Shown here piece after piece: positions 10,201 to 19,000 of a stretch of DNA of 29,372 nucleotides. Numbering within the stretch: the first letter of the stretch is position 1; each line of letters begins with the position of its first letter. The notes under the pieces are model-generated. The model saw only the letters and a list, made by a program, of their open reading frames with translations, was not told the origin of the DNA and ran no database searches. The translations under genes were made by a program, and so were the position numbers. Source of the stretch: a virus (lineage: Duplodnaviria > Caudoviricetes); IMG/VR virus record IMGVR_UViG_3300037458_000198, positions 1 to 29,372 of that record, one strand, 5' to 3'.

Positions 10201-13200
10201 TGTTACATACAGGACCGTATTCGTCGAGGCGTAGTGCCCATTCGCCATAGACTTCGAGCGCCTGATCTGTATCAGTGACAAGTGAGTTGCGCTCCAGCTT
10301 ACGAATAGCCTGCTCTGTGCCCTTCTGGCGAATCATGCCTTGGTAGAAGAGGAACTGGGCGTCTTCCAGAATCTGTAGGTCCTCAAAGTATGGTCTCTCG
10401 TCGAAGCCGATAAGGTGCTTCGCTGTGTTCTCCATCTGTGGATTGTCCAGCGTCGATTCCGTATCGTGGTAGAGGCGTATGCTGTTCGTGAGGTTCTCGA
10501 AGTTAGGTAGCAGACCATCTTCTGTGATGATATAGCCTGCTGCCTCGAGCTTTCCTGTCCAATCAAGAGTACGACGACCATTGAAGAACAAGCGTTCTTG
10601 ACGTGTGCCTAGCTTTGGATCATAGATGACGTCGTTGAACTCAGTGACGTTGTCAATAGTCACAATATTTTCTGTCTCAGTTGTGTTGAGACGGATACAG
10701 AAAATGCCTTGCTGGTCGTTGAACGGAAGCACCTTGATGTTTCTGCCGTCACGCTTGACGGTGGTGTTCACTGGGTCAATAGCAACGCCGTTCTTGTCAA
10801 GAATGCTGTATACGCCATTGACAATACGTTCTACACTTGCTGGGTAGCCTTCTTGTACGGTTAGCTCTACGCCAAGAGCTGCTGGGCTTAGGGCGATGAC
10901 GCTGTTAGCTTCCCACTTTGATCCTACCCAGAAGAGGTACTCCTTGGCAGTGTTGAGCCAGTTCTGTACAGACGATGTCTCTGGGTCTGTGTTCTCAAAC
11001 ACAAAGCCCTCGAGCTCTAACCAAGCACCATAGGATACGAGGAAGTCAAACACCTCCTGCACAGTCTTGAATTGTGTGCCATACGGTACTTCGGTGTATC
11101 CGTTTGCACCCTGTGGATGATAGGTGACGTTGATGCCGCCGAGGATCGGTAGGCTACTTAGCTTGTTCCAGTTCTCTGTTATAAACTTGGTAGCGACGTG
11201 TGCCTTGGTGCAACGATAGAAGATAGTGTTTAGACGAACAATGCTGCCTACTTCATATGTACGACCTGTTTCAAAGTTCGTAAATGCTGCTGGTTGACCG
11301 CCGACGTTGATGTTTTGATCTCTAGCTGACTGTACTCTTGGTATGACTCGGAACTTATTTGCTAATAGATCGTAGCCGTAAACTTCAAAAGTTCCTGCCT
11401 CCGTTGTCTTGATTAGCACACCGCTATATACATACTCTCGCACAGGTGCGCCTGTATGTAGTTCAACCTGAATATTTTCTGCTGGAACTAGTTGATTTGC
11501 AGCACTAGAACTTACGCTGATGCCTTCGACAAACAAACGCATCGTATCTCTATCTGTAAAGCTAGCCATCTTGTGTCCTAGCTTGACATTTAGAGAGCGG
11601 ATCTTGTCGCCAAACTCTGTAGCGATGTCCTTGCCAAGTGTTCTTAGTTGCGCTGTGATCCAAACTTGATAACCGGTATTGATTACGGGGTTGCCACCAC
11701 GGGTTTCACCGTGAACGTCAAGAGCTGTATTTCCAGTTCTCTTGTATAGTCCTTCGGCGTTAGTGACAATCTGCGCTGGTGACGCAGGAACTGCGTAGGT
11801 GTGCTCTGGGTCCCAGAACTTTTCTGCGAACTCTGCTGGGCGCGTTAGGAACATTGCCTCAGCAATCGCAAAAGGATAGCTCTCAGAGGTCATCCAGGCG
11901 TATTCCGCAGGTGCTGCGTCTCCGAACATCCAACGGTCACTAACCGTGCCGTCGGTTGCAACACCAATCGATGATGTTGTGTCGATACAAAGCGTAGGTA
12001 GTGGCTTAAGAATGCCGTTGCTGTCTACTGGCAAATACTTAGCTGCTAGCTCTGGGCGGGCGTATCTTGAATCAATGCCTGCTCGTGGACCACGGCGTAT
12101 GCGTCCTGCCTCAATGTCCGCCCACATCTGTGATCCCTTAGGAGTAGTGGTCTGCCATGGTCCGTTGCCGTAACCAGAGAAGCCCTCCGAATTAGGAGCG
12201 GTGATCCACCAGTCTGGCATCTCTGCGAAGCCGAGCATCTCCCAAGGTGTTGTATCGGGTGTTTGCGTATCGTAGTAGTATTCAAAGATGCCGCGCCAGT
12301 AGCCTGGTAACATCTCACCGTCTGCGTCTTCAGTCGTGCTATAGTTCCAGGTCCATTCGTCGTTCTGGTCGTATACATCGTTGACACGGTAATCGACCTT
12401 GTTGGTGCTTGCCCACTTGAAGAAGGAACCGTCTACAATGTCCTTCCACTCTTCTCTGCTCCATCGTGTATCACGGAACTTGCCTGGCTTGAGATCTACG
12501 ATCTCCAGAGGTGGTGTATAACCGACGCGGAAGGTTTCGATGATGCCATTGTAAATACGTGTCTCCAGCTCAAGTAGCATATCGTCGCGATAGTCTCCGA
12601 AGACCGGTGTCTTAGATCCATCGTGTCCTACGATCATATCCACTGGAGTGACATAGGTTGAGTCTGTGATAATGCGTGGCTTCGAGACCGGGTAAATGCC
12701 CAGCTTGCTTGGTGTTGCTGGAATATGTGCTGGCGCTGCGTTCTCGTAAAGACGAACGATGATCTCAGCTCCTGGTACCGGTGCTGTCGTAAAAGTAATC
12801 TGAATAGGGTTCTTGTTCGTAACGGTATATGCTACATCAGCCAGTGTTAGAACACCGTTGACATAAACATACATCACGTTTCTCTTATCGTCAAGATCCA
12901 CGAAATTTGTAATCGTAAACTCCGTTTGCGTACCGTTACCTGCGAACTCTTCTTCATCGTATATGTTGCTCCAAGCAATCATATAAGTGTCTTTGAAAGC
13001 GTCAGAATATTCTCTCGACAGTGTAATTCTACGAATGATCTCATCTACCCATTGATTCACAGGGATAGCATCGCCTGCGTTGAATGGTGTGAAACCTTCA
13101 TTTATTAGCTGCGCGCCAATCTTGATAAACTTGTTCTTGAAACGTGTATATTCCTGTGCTGAGAAGCGAATCGCATTTACAATATCTAGTTCAGCAGTCG

Positions 13201-16069
13201 AGGAAAATAGCATCGCCTTTAGCAATGGAGATTGATTCTGTAGAACATACGTTCCTAAAGAACCATCTCTTGCTGAATCTCGGTAGTTATTACCTGCGCC
13301 AAACGCTTGTCCATAATATGGAGCTTGATTCTCAATGATGCTCACGAAATGGCTAGATAGCTCGTTCCAGCTATTCTCTGTAATCTCCTCATTGTTAGGA
13401 TTATTCTCTAGCTCGTTAGGAATTTCAAAGAAGCCATCTACCGCATCTGTTACCATAGAGTGGGTATAAGAGAAGATTTCTACTAAGGTATTTTCTTCTA
13501 GCACACCCGCAGCTTGTTTGTAAGCAATAACTAAGGAGCCAGCAGGCGGAGCAACGTTGAAATTGATTGTATAGGAAGGATCAAACGCAATAAACTCAAA
13601 GTCAACACCTTCTTCTTGATAGACGCCGCCAACGTAGATATTTGCTACTTCGCCAACGTCTAAGGTTCCAATATTCGGGAAAGAAAATGCTTGTCTGAAT
13701 CCGTCTCCTAATTGGGTATCATACTCCGATGCCTTGCCATAAATCTCTACTGTGTTGGTTCTAGCAAGATAGATGAATTCGTCGTCGTTGAGGCGGCGAC
13801 CACTTACTTCTACATAAACGTCCTCGTTATAAGGAACTACAGATAGTTGGAAGGCGCTTGCGGTACCGTCGGATAGGAAGCGATCAATGACGCGCTGCTT
13901 CTCCGGTTCGGTAGATGCTTTCCAGTTCGTCTCAAAGGTCTCGCCCTCAATAGTAAAGATATCATTAGTTGCGGTGGTATACGTCTTGAAGAAGTAATAT
14001 CCCGGTATCTCCGTAGGGTCTAGTCCGGTTGGCCCGTAGAACACGCGATTGGTTTCAAGGTCGTTCTCGAACACGATATCGGTGATCTGCTTGAGACCAG
14101 AGAAGGTTAGTGGGAATCCTAGCACACCATCAGCAACTAGAGATTCACCCGTAGCATCCACATCGTCTTGATTACGTATGCGGTAAGAGAAGATCTCATT
14201 ACCTACAAACGTGCTGTTCTCATACGCAAGTGTATCATCTAGATGAATGCCGTTGATGTCATAGAGTTCAAAGAGAGGTGCTTGATTTTGATCAACTTTT
14301 TCCTGTCCTTCTACCCAACGATAAATTACGTCATCGCCTTCTATAAATTCTTCTTGATAGAAGGATGCTCCAGAGAACTCTGTTCCTTGTTCTACAAGTA
14401 CCACATCGCCTACTGCTAATGGCTGTGCGGATCCGCTCACAACACCTGTATATGGATCGTACTTCTCTAAGACGATTGTTCCACCTGAAAGATTGACGTT
14501 CCAGATAAAACGTGTGACAGCTCCAGCTACACCAGATACGTCCCATTGGCCGCCAGATAACGGACCAGCGCCGTCTGAGTCGTCCCAGCCATATCTAGGA
14601 AATCCGGCATAAGGTCCACCTACATAAAGGCTAGGATCATCCCAGAATAAGAACGACGGTATCGCTGCTGGATCTAGGAAGATAATCTTCATACCGTCTG
14701 TCAGCGAGATACCGTCTACTATATATGATGCCTGTCCTTGAATATCCGATACTGTGTCGTTCTTTGATACGACGTCAACTGTTCCGAGGTATCTCTTACC
14801 GAAGTTGTAGAGCTGTATATTGCTCTTATATTCTAGAATAGGACGAGATGCTCTGTTTGTTCTCGATACCTGACTTGCTAGAGTAAAGGAAATAATAGCG
14901 CCTGTTCCTGTGGCTGGTACTTCGACCTGATCCCAAGAAAAGGATTCCCATACGGTGCCGGAACCCACTGGGCTTTGATCCCACTTTATGCCTCCCGAAA
15001 GAATCACCGATCCTGTTTCGTCAATGGAAGCTAGGCTATAGTCCTGTCCTCGGCGAGAGATTCTAACAGCAAGGATAGTGCCAAAGAGATCAACAGACGA
15101 TACAGTAATCTCGCCGCCGGAGCCGTCGCCGGTAACTTCGAGGCGGTCGCCTACGGTATAACCGAGACCGCCGAACTCAACGGTAGCTTCGAGGAGCTGA
15201 CCTACTTCTTGCGTTCTGGAGATCACGTCTGTATGGAACCAGCGATTGGTGCGGGTCCATGGATCGCCTGCGGCACTACCGCGCTCGATGGTGATGTAGT
15301 CCTTCTGTGACAGGTCGGCTTCTGTGGTTGCGTCCCATTGCTGCATATCCCACGCCTCGCCCGCATCTATGTCCCACGGAATAAATGTTGTGGCACCGCC
15401 CGGAAGCACAATCGGTAGCTCTGGTACTAATTTGATATTGCGGCCAACACCCTCAACATAATAGGCACGATCATAGGATGACGAGCCTTCAAAGCGAACA
15501 CGCATACCGCTGCTGAGCTGTAGGTTCGCAGGTGTTAGTGTCACGTCTTGCCCGGTGTTGAACTGTTCTTGTCCTAGAATCTTTGTCTCAATGATGTCAT
15601 CAAAGAAATCACCCGATGGGTTAGAGCTTTGAATGTAAATGATTGGGATGTTCTCTTCTAGCCAAACATAATTCTGAAAGTTAATAAACTTATCTATGTC
15701 GATTGGTGGTGCGAAGCTATAAAAATCTCCGGCGAACAAACGATCATGATTATCAACATTGCCTCCCCTAAAACGAATATAGTTCACGATGTCTTCGTAG
15801 AAAACCTCGTTTGTCTGTTCTAAGGTAGACGAGTTAATCGCATACGCAATTGGCTCTAGTTGATAGGCAGCTCTAGACTTATTTGGTTCTGAGATATAGT
15901 TGTCATCTGGAATCGTATAAGCCGAACCCGACTTACGCCCGATAAACCCTTGCGCTTGCTCTACGTTCGCGGGGCTAAAGAGTTGGTCAAACGTAGCAGA
16001 AAAGAATTCCTTCTGCGTATCGGTTTGAAGGACTACAGGTAATTTTGTAATTGTCTTTCTTAATGCCAT
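4247..16069 (-). CDS. Giant baseplate wedge protein (gp7-like) with many inserted repeat domains
   Basis: 3940-aa uninterrupted ORF, coupled by TAATG to the gp6-like gene. Contains 'INEAKPYHSKLR' near the C-terminal third, repeated 'G.GY..GD.L.V.GG' and 'F.G(N/D)G....F.(L/I)' modules and WD/FD clusters. The gp7 call rests mainly on gene order. Confidence 0.7.
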   Translation of the reverse strand: MALRKTITKLPVVLQTDTQKEFFSATFDQLFSPANVEQAQGFIGRKSGSAYTIPDDNYISEPNKSRAAYQLEPIAYAINSSTLEQTNEVFYEDIVNYIRFRGGNVDNHDRLFAGDFYSFAPPIDIDKFINFQNYVWLEENIPIIYIQSSNPSGDFFDDIIETKILGQEQFNTGQDVTLTPANLQLSSGMRVRFEGSSSYDRAYYVEGVGRNIKLVPELPIVLPGGATTFIPWDIDAGEAWDMQQWDATTEADLSQKDYITIERGSAAGDPWTRTNRWFHTDVISRTQEVGQLLEATVEFGGLGYTVGDRLEVTGDGSGGEITVSSVDLFGTILAVRISRRGQDYSLASIDETGSVILSGGIKWDQSPVGSGTVWESFSWDQVEVPATGTGAIISFTLASQVSRTNRASRPILEYKSNIQLYNFGKRYLGTVDVVSKNDTVSDIQGQASYIVDGISLTDGMKIIFLDPAAIPSFLFWDDPSLYVGGPYAGFPRYGWDDSDGAGPLSGGQWDVSGVAGAVTRFIWNVNLSGGTIVLEKYDPYTGVVSGSAQPLAVGDVVLVEQGTEFSGASFYQEEFIEGDDVIYRWVEGQEKVDQNQAPLFELYDINGIHLDDTLAYENSTFVGNEIFSYRIRNQDDVDATGESLVADGVLGFPLTFSGLKQITDIVFENDLETNRVFYGPTGLDPTEIPGYYFFKTYTTATNDIFTIEGETFETNWKASTEPEKQRVIDRFLSDGTASAFQLSVVPYNEDVYVEVSGRRLNDDEFIYLARTNTVEIYGKASEYDTQLGDGFRQAFSFPNIGTLDVGEVANIYVGGVYQEEGVDFEFIAFDPSYTINFNVAPPAGSLVIAYKQAAGVLEENTLVEIFSYTHSMVTDAVDGFFEIPNELENNPNNEEITENSWNELSSHFVSIIENQAPYYGQAFGAGNNYRDSARDGSLGTYVLQNQSPLLKAMLFSSTAELDIVNAIRFSAQEYTRFKNKFIKIGAQLINEGFTPFNAGDAIPVNQWVDEIIRRITLSREYSDAFKDTYMIAWSNIYDEEEFAGNGTQTEFTITNFVDLDDKRNVMYVYVNGVLTLADVAYTVTNKNPIQITFTTAPVPGAEIIVRLYENAAPAHIPATPSKLGIYPVSKPRIITDSTYVTPVDMIVGHDGSKTPVFGDYRDDMLLELETRIYNGIIETFRVGYTPPLEIVDLKPGKFRDTRWSREEWKDIVDGSFFKWASTNKVDYRVNDVYDQNDEWTWNYSTTEDADGEMLPGYWRGIFEYYYDTQTPDTTPWEMLGFAEMPDWWITAPNSEGFSGYGNGPWQTTTPKGSQMWADIEAGRIRRGPRAGIDSRYARPELAAKYLPVDSNGILKPLPTLCIDTTSSIGVATDGTVSDRWMFGDAAPAEYAWMTSESYPFAIAEAMFLTRPAEFAEKFWDPEHTYAVPASPAQIVTNAEGLYKRTGNTALDVHGETRGGNPVINTGYQVWITAQLRTLGKDIATEFGDKIRSLNVKLGHKMASFTDRDTMRLFVEGISVSSSAANQLVPAENIQVELHTGAPVREYVYSGVLIKTTEAGTFEVYGYDLLANKFRVIPRVQSARDQNINVGGQPAAFTNFETGRTYEVGSIVRLNTIFYRCTKAHVATKFITENWNKLSSLPILGGINVTYHPQGANGYTEVPYGTQFKTVQEVFDFLVSYGAWLELEGFVFENTDPETSSVQNWLNTAKEYLFWVGSKWEANSVIALSPAALGVELTVQEGYPASVERIVNGVYSILDKNGVAIDPVNTTVKRDGRNIKVLPFNDQQGIFCIRLNTTETENIVTIDNVTEFNDVIYDPKLGTRQERLFFNGRRTLDWTGKLEAAGYIITEDGLLPNFENLTNSIRLYHDTESTLDNPQMENTAKHLIGFDERPYFEDLQILEDAQFLFYQGMIRQKGTEQAIRKLERNSLVTDTDQALEVYGEWALRLDEYGPVCNNITTEFLLRANEIKVDPQLVNLSYPPTSGSGTVTAITVISATNVWSTPPTIYIVNHPDDLTGEGALATAILGSDGRLARIDILAQGSGYTKAPYVYVGSPTLTSTSDRAQATVTVNTVGALSAAVASGGLGYTVGNQLTVQGGTPATSPLILTVTTVAGPGVITAVVLGTGKDYYVLPDNPVTVTGGSGSGATFTISWQSTNTIGTINSIVEDDTTDDVIYIDIDDNTRWISKPSNTACTVPDELWPSMDYDEAEFKIPNAGYVHPDDVQWSTFSYTQIKDLFAAEDKPENGDMIWVANGDNEGFAVYHMTGAQTVLVEQYNEDSTTLDPIWNVVYEPGLCSFSTPLEDEVVADSPNHLQNTIAIDGNLYTFEARPATSYLYFYVLTDLETGLPVEDAVFNESDVNASLPVSYFFNLRFSNRIHRDQNVYIMRELQPQPTKVWLDNDTYLPSSEDLGWSVKPVVPTGVGNGIRFDIALRQEEPLVDTSKFRNAYVYEYESKDTVLQLDVYDPFKGILPGIADLNIHYKTRKDPTRYTNSADPRLIGDATFDKDNVGEVWWDLSTCAYIYYEQDNNTFRRDKWGTLINGSSVDIYEWTRSSVPPELYTGDGIPKNMTDYVLKNEWDPLLEEVRTFYYFWVSEKTLLPGRQDRTIPTFEIARTLTNPKGQGYQWFSPVSQTGFVFAGLASVFTDSDNVLQINYTKNKYGDEKKHVEWELGREGDVSYRVNTIHWDKMVDSLVGYTNPVPIGSSTADESLPPLDNFNNAVPTATDPTMGYLIVPDPSLSIHNRYGMKKRPLQSMFKSILGARRIFVDKVNDLVAPILLRDINPTWNSSMSTNTLWEWVDWYEDGWTQDRVVPTRQVQNVAELNDIDNAFQNEVVKVTTSRTSYYAYDVASDQWTLVAKKDSRLQLKSAIYENKHNLPESLELRELINALVNEVFVSDQFININLVFFAMLNYVFQEQEDIDWAFKTTYIYLKQTGQALTQNRVFQADPFDSAVDYINEAKPYHSKLRDYRITRSAETENALGDAEEVVRDTKVKMLIDRFRCDLSVAEMRIAKQAGRDVHYNGYTTLRTIGDRKQFLYNDPLADVDITQVVYNDANIAYGNKSTIEILGGNWSLNIGTGDIVIISNSRFNNGTYTVVQKESNSVISVAERLNDETDTVPTSVIEVYEATGTQEARLGAAGRFVLQQKDLLGQIADINSIILEEYIPVYSYDFGAFDAAPYDRYFLPNAHATGTEELEAVAEINRRMAIEFECDLQANQLINTTFSGRPTLISASVATAGTGYGLYMPASNVAYTDFTGSGGLGYTMGDTLTVVGGTPSNGYSATTLTVDSVDGFGKILTLSFLNNAPYDVLPPYPATVTGGTGTGASFALNYQPQVLQLDAGGGTPVAAAQLRITGVSGGGITSLQVVNGGSYYVTPTTTPVNLLGGTGAGGQAAGLLFVAGNTQPWDTVAWDVIGWDSDGETDTTITTLDGLGDYADNLHNFAAIDPEETFTGNGATKEFTLTTLVPTYFMFVVVDGLEKRRNIDYFFIGNRLVFIQAPSNNATISLYTYIEAGDLINPQVTAGIADEMVPLDPRENLVLVADHQIVQITNPGTGYTEGDLLTVVGGTGTPTTLRVLPDGAPGGTITRVAIETEGSYTVEPTYPAAVTGGTGANAQFGILPSYSFRYHYDTAQGTTYLRNADSKSTRLAVAIGMYDTIIPVVNAAVLEEQPTTINEPNVAWIGNERIEYYGIDTTNNLLTAVKRGTKGTPLAAHPAGTKVFDGGPDQEMPTPEIYWVNSTTTWYSGSQGQWRDNGDGFAYFSDLTNNAFSTGTNARLKDTLKITGTNADGKYFIYGRIAVGELSIVDITAAGTGYSVGDPILVTGDGSLGTAEVALVGPLGEVLQIRITNRGSGYTSATLDLTGFGDGNATATVVTNRQALILSSPSPRYTPSGKLVGVDGITWQTDNRNNGGLYNSTTAPALFLLEEPGSALPKV

Positions 16070-19000
16070 TATCGACTAGACCTTAGGTTTGTTTCTGTTA
16101 GGTTCTTAACAATCGTTACATTACTGACCGTTGCTGTACTCAAAAATAGTTCGTCTGTTTCGGATCTTACCTGGAACAGGTCTCCGAATACCGACTCTGC
16201 CTTTTCTGGCACAATCACAATCGATGCTATAACATTAGCTAACTGCTGATGTATATAAGTAGAAAGTTCTGTGTAGAAGAAGCTTTCGCCGAAATCCCAA
16301 TTTACCACGTTAAAGTATTGGTCGATTGCGGCAATAACTCTAGATTTCACTTCGTTGTCCGTAACGGTTGTGTTTGGTAGTTTTACTACCTTAAATCTTG
16401 CTTGTAGTTCTGGTGCTGCGCCGGAGCCAAATAATAGCTTAAACTTACCTGGCTTAAAGATAATCTGATCCGAGAGCATCTTATAATCGTTTAGCTCACC
16501 GAATTGAATTCTTAGATCCTCTGTAGTTGGAGGAGTTGGCACAGGCGCAGTAGCGTCATTAGACGACTTCCAGGTTAAGATGTCCTTATAATAGGAGTTT
16601 GTAAGCACCGTCATATCAATGATATTGCTGATACTTGGATCTACTCTATTGCTTCTTGGTGCATAGTGCTGCCACTTGAAGTAGAGCGGGTTCTCTGGAT
16701 TATTTGTGTTCAGTTCGTAGGATCTACCTGGGCGAACATAGTAGTCCTCTGTCTGCTCTATTAGAATTGCTGTTGGAGCAATTTCTCGAATCTTATAGAA
16801 TGTTCCGCTTGCTACAGGTGCACCGACGGGCTGGTAATAAATGATCATTCCATCGAACGCATCGATGCAGGTCTCGTCCTCTGCCTCAATGATCGATTCT
16901 ATATTACCCGGATCTGTTGGATCAAGTGTCGTAATAATCATATCTAGATCATTTGCACTAAATCCTGCGGCAGCCGCAGCAACATAAGTCATATTGAATG
17001 TTGCTCCCGACCCTACACCTAATGAGGTTGTAGCTACTGGGCTCGTCGGAATTACCGTATAGCGGCCTGGGTTCGATAGTCCTACCGAGAACACTCCCTG
17101 GTTAGCTAGGTCAAGCGTTAGTGTAAATGCTGTTCCTGTACCTGAAGTTGCTCCTTGTGTAAGCGTAACTCCATTGGCACCATTGGCAACTGTAGATGGT
17201 GTGGTAACCGTGAATTGTGTTACGTCTCCAAACAAATCTTCGTTGTTGGTGCTTGTGGTTAGAGTAAATCCTGTTCCTGTTCCTGTCGTACTAGTTTGCG
17301 TCAGCGTTGAGCCGGAAACGAATCCCGAGGTAGAGGCAGTTGTAATGACAAACGTCACTACATCTCCGTTACCGTCAACAGTGTTCACTGTTACTACAGA
17401 TCCATCGCTAAGAGTGATCGTATCTGTCGGTACGTATGCATTGGGTCCAACACCGTCACCTCCTACAAATGTTCCGTTACCGCCGCCGCCGCCTGTGAAG
17501 TCGGCCTGCGTCTGTGAGGCGATGGTTCCTACGTCTGTAGATACTGCATCTACAGTAATAACAGTACCGTCGTTAAGCGTGATTGTGTCGAGGGCTGCGT
17601 AGCCTCGACCACCATTGTAGGTACCGTTTGTGCTTACGTTGTCAAAGAAGGACTCGTCTTGTGCGGCGACTGTAGAAAGGCCCAAGACAGACAGTGTCGT
17701 CGGCACAGTCTCTACTGTACCACCTTGTACTGTAAGCTGCTCATTGATGGTATAGTTTGAACCACGGGCAACCGCCGTTGCTACGGTTGCAGTCTGTACG
17801 GTGGTGTTTGCGTTAATGATCCAATCTGTACCGCCTTCTTGGCTTAGAGTAAAACTACCGCCTATTTCTGCGAAACTTGCGCGCCATACTCGGAAATATT
17901 CGTAGCCGTCAAAGTCAGTGAAGCGTTGGAAGTAGATATTGGTTGGGCCTGCTCCCGGACCAGCGGCATCGTTTAGAAAATCTGCTAGTGCTAGTGGATT
18001 GTCCGGAACGCCGTCTTCGTCACTGTCTGGAGACTCTACTACAACCTTTCTAGGATCTCGATAACCGTCCTCATACATAACTAGATTAGAAAGACGCATA
18101 TCGATAAACTCGCCTAGTGCTCCAGACCCTAGGTTGCTGGTAGCAGTGTTGGTAGGTAGAATTTCTACTATGTCTCTTAGTGGTTGTCCTGTTTGTACAT
18201 CTACAGCAATGTTGTTAGGATCAAAGAAGAATCTAACATCCTCTGAACTCTCAAATATATAGCGAGTTCCACGAGCGGAAAACTCCCACGTATCATCCAA
18301 CACATTATAACGGCAAAGTATTAGCCAGCTGCTGGTGCTTGTAGAGTCTGTAGTGAAGGTCTCGTTGCCGGTAGGTGTGCCAGGTACAATATACCAAGCG
18401 CCTGCTTTTCCATTTGCTGCTACATTATAACCAAGGCCGAAGTCTGCTTGTAAATCTATTCTTGATTGAATGTCAAGGGCTTCTGCATCCGTGAAGGTGG
18501 TTCTAAAGTGAGGAATTAGGTCCATAGCAATTAGATTGCGTTCGACCTGCTCCGAAAGATCCACCGGACCGTTTTCGTTTGTGCTATTTGGATTTACTGG
18601 ATTACCGTTATTCGTAATAGCCAACACCGTTGCCCAATCTTCTACCTGTGGGTTGCTTAGGTTGTCTACAAAGCGAACCTTGGCTCCTGGACGCAGATAA
18701 GAAGCAGATAGGTCTACAGCAATAATTGCTCCAAGCGTATCTGTCTTGAAGAAGCCCGAATCGTTTGCGGCCTTCTTTGGTTGCGGTTCCCAGTAGATCG
18801 GGTTGCCGGTGAAGTCGGCAGCATTATTAGAGACGTTGAACGCAGAAGGATTCAAGCTCAAGAACTTGGCATAATACTCGCCATAGAAGAAGTTCAGCAG
18901 ATAAGGATTATCTAAGAATTCTGTGAGGCGAACATCTACAATAGAAGCGGTGTCTAGACCAGCATCCACCACCATTCGGCTTGGCTCGTCGTCGTAGTAT

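Noticed and set aside
5801-15385. WD40 propeller suggested by the WD dipeptides
   Set aside because: Spacing is about 5-20 residues in acidic loops, not about 40-residue GH...WD repeats.
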